Of a stretch of 39,977 nucleotides of DNA, positions 8,272 to 17,632 are shown piece by piece (positions within the stretch are counted from its first letter, which is position 1; each line of letters starts with the position of its first letter). The stretch comes from a virus (Duplodnaviria; Caudoviricetes), in the IMG/VR virus record IMGVR_UViG_3300017700_000491, positions 1 through 39,977 of that record; one strand, 5' to 3'. The notes under the pieces are model-generated. The model saw only the letters and a program-made list of their open reading frames with translations. It was not told the DNA's origin and did not search any database. The translations under genes and the position numbers were made by a program.

Positions 8272-9054
8272 ATGGAAGAATTGAAACGCTCGACCGGAAT
8301 GAGCTGCGTATTTTGCTGTGCGCCAGCGGGCACGGCCCACGACCCGAAGTGCAGGGAGTTGACCAATCCAACGAAAGAGGTGTCGCTACCGCAAGGCGCG
8401 GCGCTGGGCCCGTTCTACGACAACAAGGGCGTGCCGCACGAGGCGATGCCGGTCGGTGAGGACACGGGCATGCCGCTGTACCGGCCAGCGCCCATCCAGA
8501 GCGCCGAATTGGCCGTAACCGATGCGCAGGTAGCAGGTGCGGTGCGGGCCTTCGTCAATGCTGTAAAGGGCGGTGCCGACATGATGGGTGCCATTCGTCG
8601 CGCCGTCGAAGAAGCTCACGCCCTTGCAGCCCCAGCCCTCGCGCAGCAGGCCAGCAGCGACCACAAGGCCGCATTCGAGGCATGGGCGGCGAAGGACGGC
8701 ACATACGATCTGCGCCCGGCGAAGGTGAAAGTGCTGTCGGTCGGCGGCGTCCCATACGACGGCTACGTGCGCCCTTACCTGCAAGATCGCACCGTCTACA
8801 CGTATCAGGGCTATCTGGCTGCAATGACTGGTCGCTCGATGCACGATGCACCAGCCGCCCAAGAGCAGGCCAGCAGCGATGCACCAGCATTGCCGACACC
8901 ATCCACGCAACCAGTAACCGAAAGCGTGAAGCCGCTGGATTTGCGCAAGACACTCTACGCATTGCGTGCTGAGCGCGATGCCAGCGATCCCAATATCCGC
9001 AAATACTATAACGCGGTTTGTGACCGCCTTGACCTTCTCATTTCTTGCAAATAA
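8272..9054 (+). CDS. Modular hypothetical protein
   Basis: AGGAG RBS; short domains joined by QQAS/QEQAS linkers. Confidence 0.7.
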   Translation: MEELKRSTGMSCVFCCAPAGTAHDPKCRELTNPTKEVSLPQGAALGPFYDNKGVPHEAMPVGEDTGMPLYRPAPIQSAELAVTDAQVAGAVRAFVNAVKGGADMMGAIRRAVEEAHALAAPALAQQASSDHKAAFEAWAAKDGTYDLRPAKVKVLSVGGVPYDGYVRPYLQDRTVYTYQGYLAAMTGRSMHDAPAAQEQASSDAPALPTPSTQPVTESVKPLDLRKTLYALRAERDASDPNIRKYYNAVCDRLDLLISCK

Positions 9055-9068
9055 AACTAGGCCAAATC

Positions 9069-9881
9069 ATGAATAACCAACTTCTGAGCGACATGCTCGA
9101 ATTCACGCAATACATCGCGGCATGCGCAAGCACTTCAACTTACGAATCCGAAATTATCGCGGAAATTCGCACTCTCCAGCCGCGCATCAAGAGCGCAATT
9201 GCTGATGCCACTCAAGAGCAGGCCAGCATCGCAACGCTGCGGAGCGCCGTACAGGCCGAGTCCGCAAAGATGTGCGAAATCATCGCTGCACTCGGACTCG
9301 ATATCGCCGTCGTCGAACAAGGCCATGTGATTGGCGCTATTAAAAAACTGCAGGCGTCGCAGCAAGAGCAGGCCAAGCCGACCGACTTGCAGGCGGTGCC
9401 GAATGAGGAAGCGGGCGGGGTGACCGACGAGCCGACCATGCTTTGGGACGCCGAGGACGCGGAAAATTGCTACGGCGACGGCCCTGAAGACTTCGCCAAT
9501 AACTACGCGTCCAACTGCATGATGCGCGGTGAAGATCACGAAGTTGAAGTGCTGTGCGCCTACCGTGGCAGCAACCGCACGATGCGTGTCGTGATGCCGC
9601 AAATAGACGATGAGGATGGGCGCGTTACTTGGTCATGGTCGGACACACCTGCCGCCAGCACCATCGCCCCCGCCATTGATCCAGCAGCAGCACCGACGCC
9701 GCCAGCAGCGCGGGGACTGACGGATGCGGATATCGAAGATGAGCCAACGATTCCGTGCGCGCTGGGGTATCGGCTTTGCCGGTGCCAGTCAGAATCAGGC
9801 TGCGCAAGTGAAAGTTGTGCGTACTTCGACAGCGCCATCGCAGCTCACCTGGCCGGCAATACAACGGCGAAGGGGGAGTGA
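9069..9881 (+). CDS. Modular hypothetical protein
   Basis: ATG 9069; QEQA linkers, RGLTDADI motif, Cys-rich C-terminus. Confidence 0.7.
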   Translation: MNNQLLSDMLEFTQYIAACASTSTYESEIIAEIRTLQPRIKSAIADATQEQASIATLRSAVQAESAKMCEIIAALGLDIAVVEQGHVIGAIKKLQASQQEQAKPTDLQAVPNEEAGGVTDEPTMLWDAEDAENCYGDGPEDFANNYASNCMMRGEDHEVEVLCAYRGSNRTMRVVMPQIDDEDGRVTWSWSDTPAASTIAPAIDPAAAPTPPAARGLTDADIEDEPTIPCALGYRLCRCQSESGCASESCAYFDSAIAAHLAGNTTAKGE

Positions 9882-10006
9882 TGCTTGTCGCCTGCCTGCT
9901 TATCCTCCTGCTTAATCTCGGTGTGCTTGGCCTGACCATCAAGCTCTACACCGAAATCCTCAAAGACCAGAACATGAACCGCCGCGCAACCAAGGAACCA
10001 GCATGA
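9881..10006 (+). CDS. Small membrane protein
   Basis: TGATG overlap; MLVACLLILLLNLGVLGLTIKL. Confidence 0.55.
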   Translation: MLVACLLILLLNLGVLGLTIKLYTEILKDQNMNRRATKEPA

Positions 10007-10554
10007 CCACTGAAACCACAAAAACCCCAGTCGCGATCCTGCGGGAAGCGCTCACCAAAATCGCGGAATGCAGCGCGCCTTATCCTGAATTGCCTATGCG
10101 TCAGATAGCACGCGCCGCCCTGGCCGCCACTGAGCGCGCAGCTACTCAACCGGCTGGCGATGCGACTGAGACGCTTGACCGTTGGTGGCTTCAAGCTGAC
10201 GGCAGCCACGATACCTTTGTGCGACTTTCCGATGTGGAAAAACTGCTCAACGCCCCGCCAGCACCTGTGCAAGCTGCGCCCGATGCAAGCGCAGAGCTAT
10301 GGGGCCGCAACATGCTGATGGGCGTCGATATCACCGCCCCGGCTGTACAAGCTGCGCCAGTGGGGAAAAGCGAATTGCAAAAGGCCGCCGAAATAATGAA
10401 GGGCCAACATGCCTTTATCGAACGGCAGAATGCAGCAATCAAAACTGCAAACCGAATCATAAGCGAGCAGGCCGAAAAGTTGGAAGCGCTGGAAATTGCC
10501 GCTCCAGAACGCACGAGCGAGGCGGGGGAGTTGCCGCCGAAGCCCTCAACGTGA
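10003..10554 (+). CDS. Modular hypothetical protein
   Basis: AAGGA RBS; LREALTKIA...ARAALA motif; VQAAP repeats. Confidence 0.7.
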   Translation: MTTETTKTPVAILREALTKIAECSAPYPELPMRQIARAALAATERAATQPAGDATETLDRWWLQADGSHDTFVRLSDVEKLLNAPPAPVQAAPDASAELWGRNMLMGVDITAPAVQAAPVGKSELQKAAEIMKGQHAFIERQNAAIKTANRIISEQAEKLEALEIAAPERTSEAGELPPKPST

Positions 10555-10961
10555 TGCTGTGGCTGTACCGCCGATTGCCACGCGCATACGAACGCCCGCC
10601 GCATGTCGAGCATCCCATCAAGGCGCTGGCTGCCGTGCTCGAATCTGATGTAGGCGACTTCCTCGCCGAGCGTGGAGCCGCCCCGGATCGCGCACCGAGC
10701 ACTGACAGCGCGGCAGGGTGGCAGCCGATTGAGACAGCGCCGAAGGATGGCACGGAGGTGCTGCTGTATTTGGGCGCGCCTTGGAATAAAGTTGAGAAGG
10801 CGTATTGGTTTCCAGCTTGGCAGAACTGGCAGCGCAGCGGCGATAAGCCCGACACGGTGCGCGATGAATATTGCGGCATTGGCAGCGCTATCCCAACGCA
10901 CTACCAACTACTGCCAGCGCCACCAGTCGCCGCCATACAGCCAGAGGGAGACAAGCCATGA
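10554..10961 (+). CDS. DUF551-like domain protein
   Basis: ATG in a TGATG overlap; WQPIETAPKDGTEVLL...PTHYQLLPAPP. Confidence 0.75.
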   Translation: MLWLYRRLPRAYERPPHVEHPIKALAAVLESDVGDFLAERGAAPDRAPSTDSAAGWQPIETAPKDGTEVLLYLGAPWNKVEKAYWFPAWQNWQRSGDKPDTVRDEYCGIGSAIPTHYQLLPAPPVAAIQPEGDKP

Positions 10962-11062
10962 CCGCTGAACTACTCGATGAACTCACCATCGGCCTGATTG
11001 CTCTAGCGCCTATTGCAATATTCCTACTGATGGTCTGGCTAAACTCCAGGCGCGGCCAGTAA
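10958..11062 (+). CDS. Small membrane peptide (34 aa)
   Basis: GGGAG RBS, ATGA overlap, single TM helix. Confidence 0.5.
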   Translation: MTAELLDELTIGLIALAPIAIFLLMVWLNSRRGQ

Positions 11063-11064
11063 AG

Positions 11065-11095
11065 AAAAAGCCCGGCTTCGAACCGGGCTTTTTTT
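11065..11095. terminator. Bidirectional intrinsic terminator
   Basis: aaaaagcccgg-cttcgaa-ccgggcttttttt between convergent arms. Confidence 0.9.
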
Positions 11096-11615
11096 ATTTC
11101 GTCAGGTTGTTGATCGTGTCATCCTTGGTCTTGTTCGCCCGCGTGGTGCCGAACTCAAACGAGAAGATTTGTTCGATCCAGCCAAGCGAGCGTCCGAGAA
11201 TCAGGGTGATGGTGGCCTTGGCAAAGTCGTCCATCTGGCTTGCCCAAACGACGATGACCAGGCAGCCAATCACCAGTAGGCCAGCGCCACCGGCCAGCGC
11301 ATTTGCCCGGTAGTTGACCTGGCCAGCCTTGGCCAGTTCTACATCACGCCCGCGCGCGTTCTGCACGTCGCCCAGGTAGGCAGTCTCAAGCGCCTGCTGC
11401 TTGTCCATCATGGCCAGCTGGAAGTCCAGCATCTTGCCGGGATCGGCCTGGATCGCGGATACGGCCGCTTCCGGCGACGTGGTGCCAGTGACCGTCTGCG
11501 CGATGTTGACCACATGGCCGGCCACCTCTGCCGCCTTGCTGCTGCCGGTCAGAAGCTTGATGATGCTTGGCGCGAACTGCGCAAGCTGCATTGCGATTGG
11601 GATAAGCGGTGCCAT
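11094..11615 (-). CDS. Holin-like lysis protein (3TM/GTA-holin-like)
   Basis: Amphipathic N-terminus, DVQNARGR, two C-terminal TMs ending FSFEFGTT; follows the endolysin. Confidence 0.65.
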   Translation of the reverse strand: MAPLIPIAMQLAQFAPSIIKLLTGSSKAAEVAGHVVNIAQTVTGTTSPEAAVSAIQADPGKMLDFQLAMMDKQQALETAYLGDVQNARGRDVELAKAGQVNYRANALAGGAGLLVIGCLVIVVWASQMDDFAKATITLILGRSLGWIEQIFSFEFGTTRANKTKDDTINNLTK

Positions 11616-12115
11616 TATGCGAACTCCTTGATAAGACGTTCAGCGGCATCCCAGTTGGCCTGCCATTTTTGTGGGTGCGGCTTGCCTGGCCGCCATACGG
11701 AAATGTATTGCTTCCATCCTTCTTCTGCTGTCGTTGGTAGGGCGCCTGGCAGCGTGTAGAGCAGCAGGCGGGCGGCGCAGGCTGCAACGATATCTTGGTA
11801 CCGCATGGCCTCCCACAGGCCCGCGGGCGTGGCCATGACGTTGTACTCGTTGCAAACCTTCAGCATGCGCTTGGCGCTTGCGTGGTGGCCCAGGACGCCC
11901 TTGCAGCCACCACCCTGTTCGAACTGCCAGAACGAGGCCGCAGGGCCGTTCTCAGCGCCCCCGCTGACGACTTGGCGACGGTTGGCAAGGCCAGATTCTT
12001 GGAGCGCGATAGCCACAAGCATGCGGCGAGCGGACGGGGTGTCTTGAATGCCGCTGTCTTCCAGCTCAGTGAGGGCCGGGATAATGGCGGTGATAAGCAG
12101 TCGGAGTGGGGTCAT
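11615..12115 (-). CDS. Endolysin (lysozyme-like fold)
   Basis: AIALQESGL catalytic Glu, GPAASFWQFE, WRPGKP; located in the lysis cassette. Confidence 0.75.
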   Translation of the reverse strand: MTPLRLLITAIIPALTELEDSGIQDTPSARRMLVAIALQESGLANRRQVVSGGAENGPAASFWQFEQGGGCKGVLGHHASAKRMLKVCNEYNVMATPAGLWEAMRYQDIVAACAARLLLYTLPGALPTTAEEGWKQYISVWRPGKPHPQKWQANWDAAERLIKEFA

Positions 12116-12393
12116 GGCTCAATCTCGTCAGGGTTGCCGCCAAGCTCGATAAACTGCTGGCGGAGGATTTTGTTCTGCAACACGTGGTTCTTGTACAGCG
12201 CCCAATGCACCCGAGCGAGCAAGGTTGTAGCAATGATGCCGGCCAGGATTGCAAGCCCTGACAGTACGCCGCTGATAATCTCCGCAGCAGACGCCACGCC
12301 GAGCGATGCAGTAGCGGCAGACACCCCCATCGTAACCTTAGGGTTTGTCGCTACGGCCTCGACGGCGGCTTGCAATTCTTCGCGATAATTCAT
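12112..12393 (-). CDS. Putative holin
   Basis: 93 aa, hydrophobic segments and a charged C-terminus, immediately upstream of the endolysin. Confidence 0.6.
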   Translation of the reverse strand: MNYREELQAAVEAVATNPKVTMGVSAATASLGVASAAEIISGVLSGLAILAGIIATTLLARVHWALYKNHVLQNKILRQQFIELGGNPDEIEP

Positions 12394-12818
12394 CGTTTCG
12401 CCTTTTCATGATGTAGTTCCGGGCCGATAGGATCATGACCGCAAAAGAGATAGTCCCTAGCACGATCAGTCCCATGGATGCCCACCAAAATAAGTCTTGC
12501 GTACTGCACATAGCCTAATACCTCAATCGCATAGTTATACGAAATTGGCGGGGCATAGGCCAAGTACAAAACCCACCCTGTGAAATTGACCACCATCGAG
12601 AACAAGCAGAACATCTGCATGTCATCGGCCAGGCGGCCATACAGGAAGGAAGAGGAACAAATCAGCAGCATGTAATCGGTTGCTGCCGCTGACGTGTGGT
12701 ACACCAGCATTCCTTCTGGTGTATTGCTGACGTTCTGCACAATAATGTGGTGCATAACGCCAGCTAGCCAGAGGACAAAGCCATATGTCAGCCTTGCCAC
12801 CCAACTGTTGCGCTTCAT
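12390..12818 (-). CDS. Four-TM membrane protein
   Basis: About four hydrophobic helices; ATGA overlaps on both sides. Confidence 0.7.
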   Translation of the reverse strand: MKRNSWVARLTYGFVLWLAGVMHHIIVQNVSNTPEGMLVYHTSAAATDYMLLICSSSFLYGRLADDMQMFCLFSMVVNFTGWVLYLAYAPPISYNYAIEVLGYVQYARLILVGIHGTDRARDYLFCGHDPIGPELHHEKAKR

Positions 12819-12904
12819 TTTTTCTTAGGCGCCGGTACAGGCTCTTTGGTTGGCCGGGTTTTTCCTTTGCCGCCTGTCGCCATATTGCATTTCGAATGAT
12901 ACAT
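12815..12904 (-). CDS. Unannotated 29-aa basic peptide MYHSKCNMATGGKGKTRPTKEPVPAPKKK
   Basis: AAAGGGA RBS before ATG 12904; its TGA overlaps the ATG of the 4-TM gene. Confidence 0.6.
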   Translation of the reverse strand: MYHSKCNMATGGKGKTRPTKEPVPAPKKK

Positions 12905-12932
12905 AATTTCCCTTTCTTGGTTGTAGAAATTG

Positions 12933-14954
12933 CTACAGCGACGAGAACGAAGCTGTTAATTGAGCGAACGCATTGGTGTACAGAGTCGAGCTTACCCGCA
13001 AGCCACCGGCTACACCATCAATTGTGAAAATCGGGTTGATGCCACCAGTTGAATTATCGCCTGTCAGTGAGCTTTGAATGAACGTGAATTCACCCAAGCT
13101 GTTTAGCTGCCCGATAATAAGGTATTCCCGGATTGTATAGACCCCTCCGCCTACGCCGTTCCTTGCTTGCACACGAAGGTTGCCGGTAATCTCCGTGTTC
13201 CTGTTGACCGGTGAAAGGTACTTGGAAGGGAGCACAACAACGGCCGTTGCCGCCGTCAAATCGCCACTGACGGAGCGGAATACCCGTCCGTCTACTTCCA
13301 ACACTGGGCCCATGTAAGCGCCTGCCGCGTTCTGTGGGAACAGGTAAAAGCGGTTGTATTGACTTTCCTTTGTCAGGATCAGTAAGCCATAATTTGGCGA
13401 TGGCGTGTACACCTGGATTGGGACGTCAAGGTTGCCGATTGCGGCATTCACGCGCATGTCGATTGAGATATTTGCTGTGGATACGGTTTTTTCGACGGTG
13501 TAAAGCGTTCCATCGACAGCGTAAGCGCCAATTCGGATGATCGGGTCGCTGGCCGTAATGTTCGTGCCGAGGCTTTCGAACATGACCACGATGTCTAAAT
13601 TTTCATACACCCCGCTGCCGTTTGCTGTCGGTTGGTCGGCAATGACAAATGGGCCGTTCAGAACGTTATACTTCGCGCGAACTTTGATATTGCTGGTCAT
13701 CGGGTACCCGGTGCCAGAATTAGAAATGAGCATGTTCGCGCTCGCCGGCTGTCCAAATTCGGCCGTAAATTCAACATCGCAGCCGTCCACGCCGTAGATA
13801 AACAGCGCCCGATTGCTTTCATTGACCCGGAAACTACCGTCCACCGAGTCGCCGTTATTGGCCAGGTTAATCCCGTAGTACACCTGGTCCCCGCTGCACG
13901 CGCCAACCAGAGAAATCTTGCGGCTGCGTGCAGTCATTGGATTTAATGAGGCCGCGGTAATCAGCGATTGGCCTTTCTTTACGCGGCAAGGGCCGATGCT
14001 GTGGCCGTAAGTATCCTCGGCATCAGCAAGGATCAGGATTGGCATGACGCCCCGGCTCGGCCCAGCAAACAAAAACGCTGTGTCTTCGAATGTGTAGTTG
14101 CGCATCAAGGTGTGGCAATCCGTGAATCGGCAGAACACCGTCGAGGCAAACGCTCCGGTGTTGTCGCCAGTGCACACAAGGTCGGCATTGCACCAGTCAA
14201 TGTCGATGTCACGGGTAATCGGGAACGCCACGGTATCACCGGTAATGAAGCCGAACCAGTAGGAACCGAGCGCGCCGGTAATGGTCGTGACATCTTCGTC
14301 AGCAATCATCGCCAGGAACTTGGGGCCGTTGTCCGTACCTGTTGCGCCATCCCAGTCTGCCAACATGCCAAATTGCTTGATATTTACGGAGCCGGTGTGC
14401 TGAAGCTTCCAGCGGCCACCATCGGCCGCAACGATCACTGTCCCGCCGTTGTCGGTGCTGACGTTGTCGCTTACGTCAAGATAATACTGGCCGCCGCCGC
14501 CGTCGCCTTCAGCCCAATAGCCGGTAACGATGGCGCTCTTTGAAGGCTTCGTTTTCTTCAGCAACCGCAGGCCCGCAATGGTGGAGACAACCTGCGCCCC
14601 GCCACCGATATTGGCGGCGCCGCCTGGCAGCCCGAGAGCGATCAGGATAATGCTGCCGATGTTAAAGTCTTGCGAGTCCCGTCCATAGAACACCTGGCGG
14701 CCTTTGGAATCACGAACCAGAATGGAATAATCGCCATCCACGAAAATGTTTGCTGGCGTGCCGGCGCGGACGATATAGCCGTTGACCGTGCGAAGCGGTT
14801 GCGCTGCTGGCTGCGTCAGCTCTTGGTCCCAGTACACCGTAACAGGGGCGGTGATAGGGTTTTCGTTTTGCTCGCCAAGATTAATGTACCCACGGTCCAA
14901 CGCTTTGCCGTCTGTTCCCGTGTAAATCTTGAATGGCGGTTCTACTGGAAGCAT
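12933..14954 (-). CDS. Tailspike / receptor-binding protein
   Basis: N-terminal head-binding-like domain (GYINLGEQNENP...VYWD...QPLRTVNGY), GYWAEGDGGGG and NIKQFG...DGATGTDN motifs, then beta-helix-like sequence. Confidence 0.85.
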   Translation of the reverse strand: MLPVEPPFKIYTGTDGKALDRGYINLGEQNENPITAPVTVYWDQELTQPAAQPLRTVNGYIVRAGTPANIFVDGDYSILVRDSKGRQVFYGRDSQDFNIGSIILIALGLPGGAANIGGGAQVVSTIAGLRLLKKTKPSKSAIVTGYWAEGDGGGGQYYLDVSDNVSTDNGGTVIVAADGGRWKLQHTGSVNIKQFGMLADWDGATGTDNGPKFLAMIADEDVTTITGALGSYWFGFITGDTVAFPITRDIDIDWCNADLVCTGDNTGAFASTVFCRFTDCHTLMRNYTFEDTAFLFAGPSRGVMPILILADAEDTYGHSIGPCRVKKGQSLITAASLNPMTARSRKISLVGACSGDQVYYGINLANNGDSVDGSFRVNESNRALFIYGVDGCDVEFTAEFGQPASANMLISNSGTGYPMTSNIKVRAKYNVLNGPFVIADQPTANGSGVYENLDIVVMFESLGTNITASDPIIRIGAYAVDGTLYTVEKTVSTANISIDMRVNAAIGNLDVPIQVYTPSPNYGLLILTKESQYNRFYLFPQNAAGAYMGPVLEVDGRVFRSVSGDLTAATAVVVLPSKYLSPVNRNTEITGNLRVQARNGVGGGVYTIREYLIIGQLNSLGEFTFIQSSLTGDNSTGGINPIFTIDGVAGGLRVSSTLYTNAFAQLTASFSSL

Positions 14955-14980
14955 GATGTTTCCTATTCCTCTGTGATACG

Positions 14981-17632
14981 TTAAAAAGTAGCTGGGTTTT
15001 TAGGGGCTTTGTAGTCCCGCCCTGAAAGCGCCGCATCGATTCGCTTCTGAATTGCCCTGTTCTTGGCATGCACAGACAAGGCGCGCAGGGCGGACAGAAC
15101 AGGAACAGGTAACCCGGTCATAGTGCCGACAGCGCCAGCCTCGGTCAGCGCAGCCAGCAGCACACTCGCGGTATTGGAGTGGTTGATAACGCCAGGCGGT
15201 GCCGTGTAAATCACCTTGGACAGGTCCACCAGGTCGCGCATGTGCTGGGCGCCCTGCTCGCCGCCCAAGATAAACTTCAGCTTGCCGCCCTGCTCCAGCT
15301 TCTTGACGGCATTGGCCAGCTTCGGAACCGAGAGGATCGTTTTCCCGGTTGCATCGCTGGCCGTGTTGGTAAAAGCCTCGTCCTTGATCCAATTGACCGT
15401 GGCGCCCTGCAATTCTTTCCAGGCCTGTTTCCCGGTATCGCCACCGGCCTGCAGCACGCTACGAAGGTGGCTCAATTCTTCGCGCGTGCCGTTCAAGATG
15501 GTTCGCTTGAAAACGTCCTCAACAGCCACTTTCCGGTCCTTCATCCCGCGCTTGTTGTTGAGCAGGTCGGCCACCATGCCCCGGTTCTCGTACTTGTTGC
15601 CCAAGTTCTCGCGCAGGCGGCGCGCGCTGCGGTACATCGGGCCGGCGATAGCTTCTGTCGCGGTGTCCACGGCGCCCTTGATGATTGCCGAGTTGCGGAT
15701 ATTGGTCGGCTCGAAGTCGGTAGCGCTGCCCACGGCGCGGCGGAACAATTCAGCATTCTTGACGGTAGTAGGGATGGCCACCAGTTCGCCGTCTGCGCCC
15801 TCCTTGGCTACGCCAAGCTTCAGCGCGCGCGAACGGGCGGCTACCAGCAGCGGGGAGACAGCCTGGTCCGGGGCGCTTTCGTTCAGGAACTGTACCGCGT
15901 CTTCCAGCACCACGGGCGCCGCAGCCTCGGGCGACTTGTCTGCCTTCTGGTATGCCACCCGCACTTCGTTCTTGTCGCGCGCCAGTTCCTTGCGCAGCAC
16001 GCTATCGACCGCGCGGCCAACCCCGGCCAAGTCGGCAGCTTCCGCCCCGGTCATGTCCACTAGGTTGTCAAAGTGCTGCATCATCTGCGCGTTTTGCTGC
16101 GAATATCGCTCCACCAGCTTGGCACCCTGCGGCCCCTTGGCCATCTCGGCTTCGAAGCGAAGGTTCTGCGGGTCGCGGGTCAACTGGCCATAGGTCGGCT
16201 CGATGCCTACCCTTCCGGCCAGTTCGCGGCGCTGCGCCAGCATGTCGGTACCTGCCGCGCCAGCGCTGCCAAGCGTTCCGGGCGTCGGCGTTGAAGTATC
16301 TGCGGCTGGAATCGCTGGCGCGGCGTCTGCGGCTTCCTGGGCGGCTCGCTGGGCCTGCAATGCTGCTTGCTCTGCTGCCTCGGCCTCGCTCAGGCGGCGC
16401 GGTGCACGGCCAGGCAGTTCCAGCGGGGTGCCGTCAGCGGCCGTGATTGGGCGCGACGGGGCGCCGGCCACCTGTTCGTCCAGCTGGGCCAAGCGCGCGA
16501 TCTGCTCCGGGGTCATCGCTGCGGCAGCGGGTACGGCGGCCGGGGCGGCGTCGGGGGCTGGGTTCCGGCGCATCACCCGGTCAACCCGGGCGGCGACGTT
16601 CGGCGCTGCCGCCCTCATGCGGTCGGTAGCAGCTTGAGCTGCCGCGCCACCCACCACGCGGCCAGCGCGCCCAGCGTTCGCAGCAATGCGCCCAATGGCG
16701 TTCATTTCGGCCGTCAGCGGAAGCGCTGGCACGGCTTGCATCATTACTTCGCCCACGTTGCCAGCGTATTCCTGGCCAAGCTGCGTGCGCGGCTGGTAGG
16801 TCAAGCCCCGCATGCCCTGAAAAGTTGCTTCTTCGACGTTGCGCACGCCCTCTTGGCTTCCAATTTCACCGGTTGCAATCGCAGCAGGAACGCCGCCAAT
16901 GAAGCCGCCCAACATGCCCACGGTACCGCCAGTTGCACCAGTGGCTAGGGTCAAGCCCGCCTCGCCGGCGCCGATCAACTTGTCCACGAAGGTAGGTTCG
17001 GCTGGCATTGCTTGTGCTGTGGCTGCTTGCGCGGTCTTTGCCGTGGTTTGCGCTTGCTGCTGCTGAAGGAACTTCCCGAAGCCTGCGGCCATGGCGTCGG
17101 TTGCCGGGGCTTCTGCCGACACAGGCGCCACACTCTCGGCCGCCGTGGGTGCGGACAGGCTGCGATTGGCCGGAATAGCCGGGTTGTTGGCCATGAATTT
17201 GGCAAAGCCGCTGCTGAGCGCTGCAGACTTGGCGCCGCTCTGTGCTGCCAACACGCGCTTGGCGTAGGCGTTGTTGACTGGCCCCCAGTTATCCGGGTCC
17301 GTGCCGCCGTGGTATTCGCGCACCGCGCGCTCGATATTGTTGTCGTTTCGATCGAGCGATTCTTTCAGCAGTAGGCCAGCGCCTTCTGAAGCGTTCTCAG
17401 GGCTGAGCAGAACGTCAATCCCGTACTTGTCCAGAATTGCCTTGCGCGTGGCCGGGATGAACTGGTACGGCGACGAGGTGCCGAGCTTGTTGGTGGCGCT
17501 GGCGTTCGACTTCTCGCCGGCCGTGCGGATGGACGACAGCAGCCCCACCGGCAGGCCGAGCTTGCTTTCGTTGCCAGAATCAAGCGTGGAATACAGCGGG
17601 TCGGTGTATGCCTCGGGGAACTTGCCGGCCAT
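14981..17632 (-). CDS. Large DNA-ejection (internal virion) protein with N-terminal lytic transglycosylase-like domain
   Basis: GEKS...YQFIPATR...AVREYHGG...YAKRV SLT-like motifs; Ala/Gly-rich; third ejection gene (P22 gp16 position). Confidence 0.75.
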   Translation of the reverse strand: MAGKFPEAYTDPLYSTLDSGNESKLGLPVGLLSSIRTAGEKSNASATNKLGTSSPYQFIPATRKAILDKYGIDVLLSPENASEGAGLLLKESLDRNDNNIERAVREYHGGTDPDNWGPVNNAYAKRVLAAQSGAKSAALSSGFAKFMANNPAIPANRSLSAPTAAESVAPVSAEAPATDAMAAGFGKFLQQQQAQTTAKTAQAATAQAMPAEPTFVDKLIGAGEAGLTLATGATGGTVGMLGGFIGGVPAAIATGEIGSQEGVRNVEEATFQGMRGLTYQPRTQLGQEYAGNVGEVMMQAVPALPLTAEMNAIGRIAANAGRAGRVVGGAAAQAATDRMRAAAPNVAARVDRVMRRNPAPDAAPAAVPAAAAMTPEQIARLAQLDEQVAGAPSRPITAADGTPLELPGRAPRRLSEAEAAEQAALQAQRAAQEAADAAPAIPAADTSTPTPGTLGSAGAAGTDMLAQRRELAGRVGIEPTYGQLTRDPQNLRFEAEMAKGPQGAKLVERYSQQNAQMMQHFDNLVDMTGAEAADLAGVGRAVDSVLRKELARDKNEVRVAYQKADKSPEAAAPVVLEDAVQFLNESAPDQAVSPLLVAARSRALKLGVAKEGADGELVAIPTTVKNAELFRRAVGSATDFEPTNIRNSAIIKGAVDTATEAIAGPMYRSARRLRENLGNKYENRGMVADLLNNKRGMKDRKVAVEDVFKRTILNGTREELSHLRSVLQAGGDTGKQAWKELQGATVNWIKDEAFTNTASDATGKTILSVPKLANAVKKLEQGGKLKFILGGEQGAQHMRDLVDLSKVIYTAPPGVINHSNTASVLLAALTEAGAVGTMTGLPVPVLSALRALSVHAKNRAIQKRIDAALSGRDYKAPKNPATF

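Noticed and set aside
12933-14954. Diversity-generating retroelement acting on the tailspike
   Set aside because: No reverse transcriptase and no template/variable repeat pair seen
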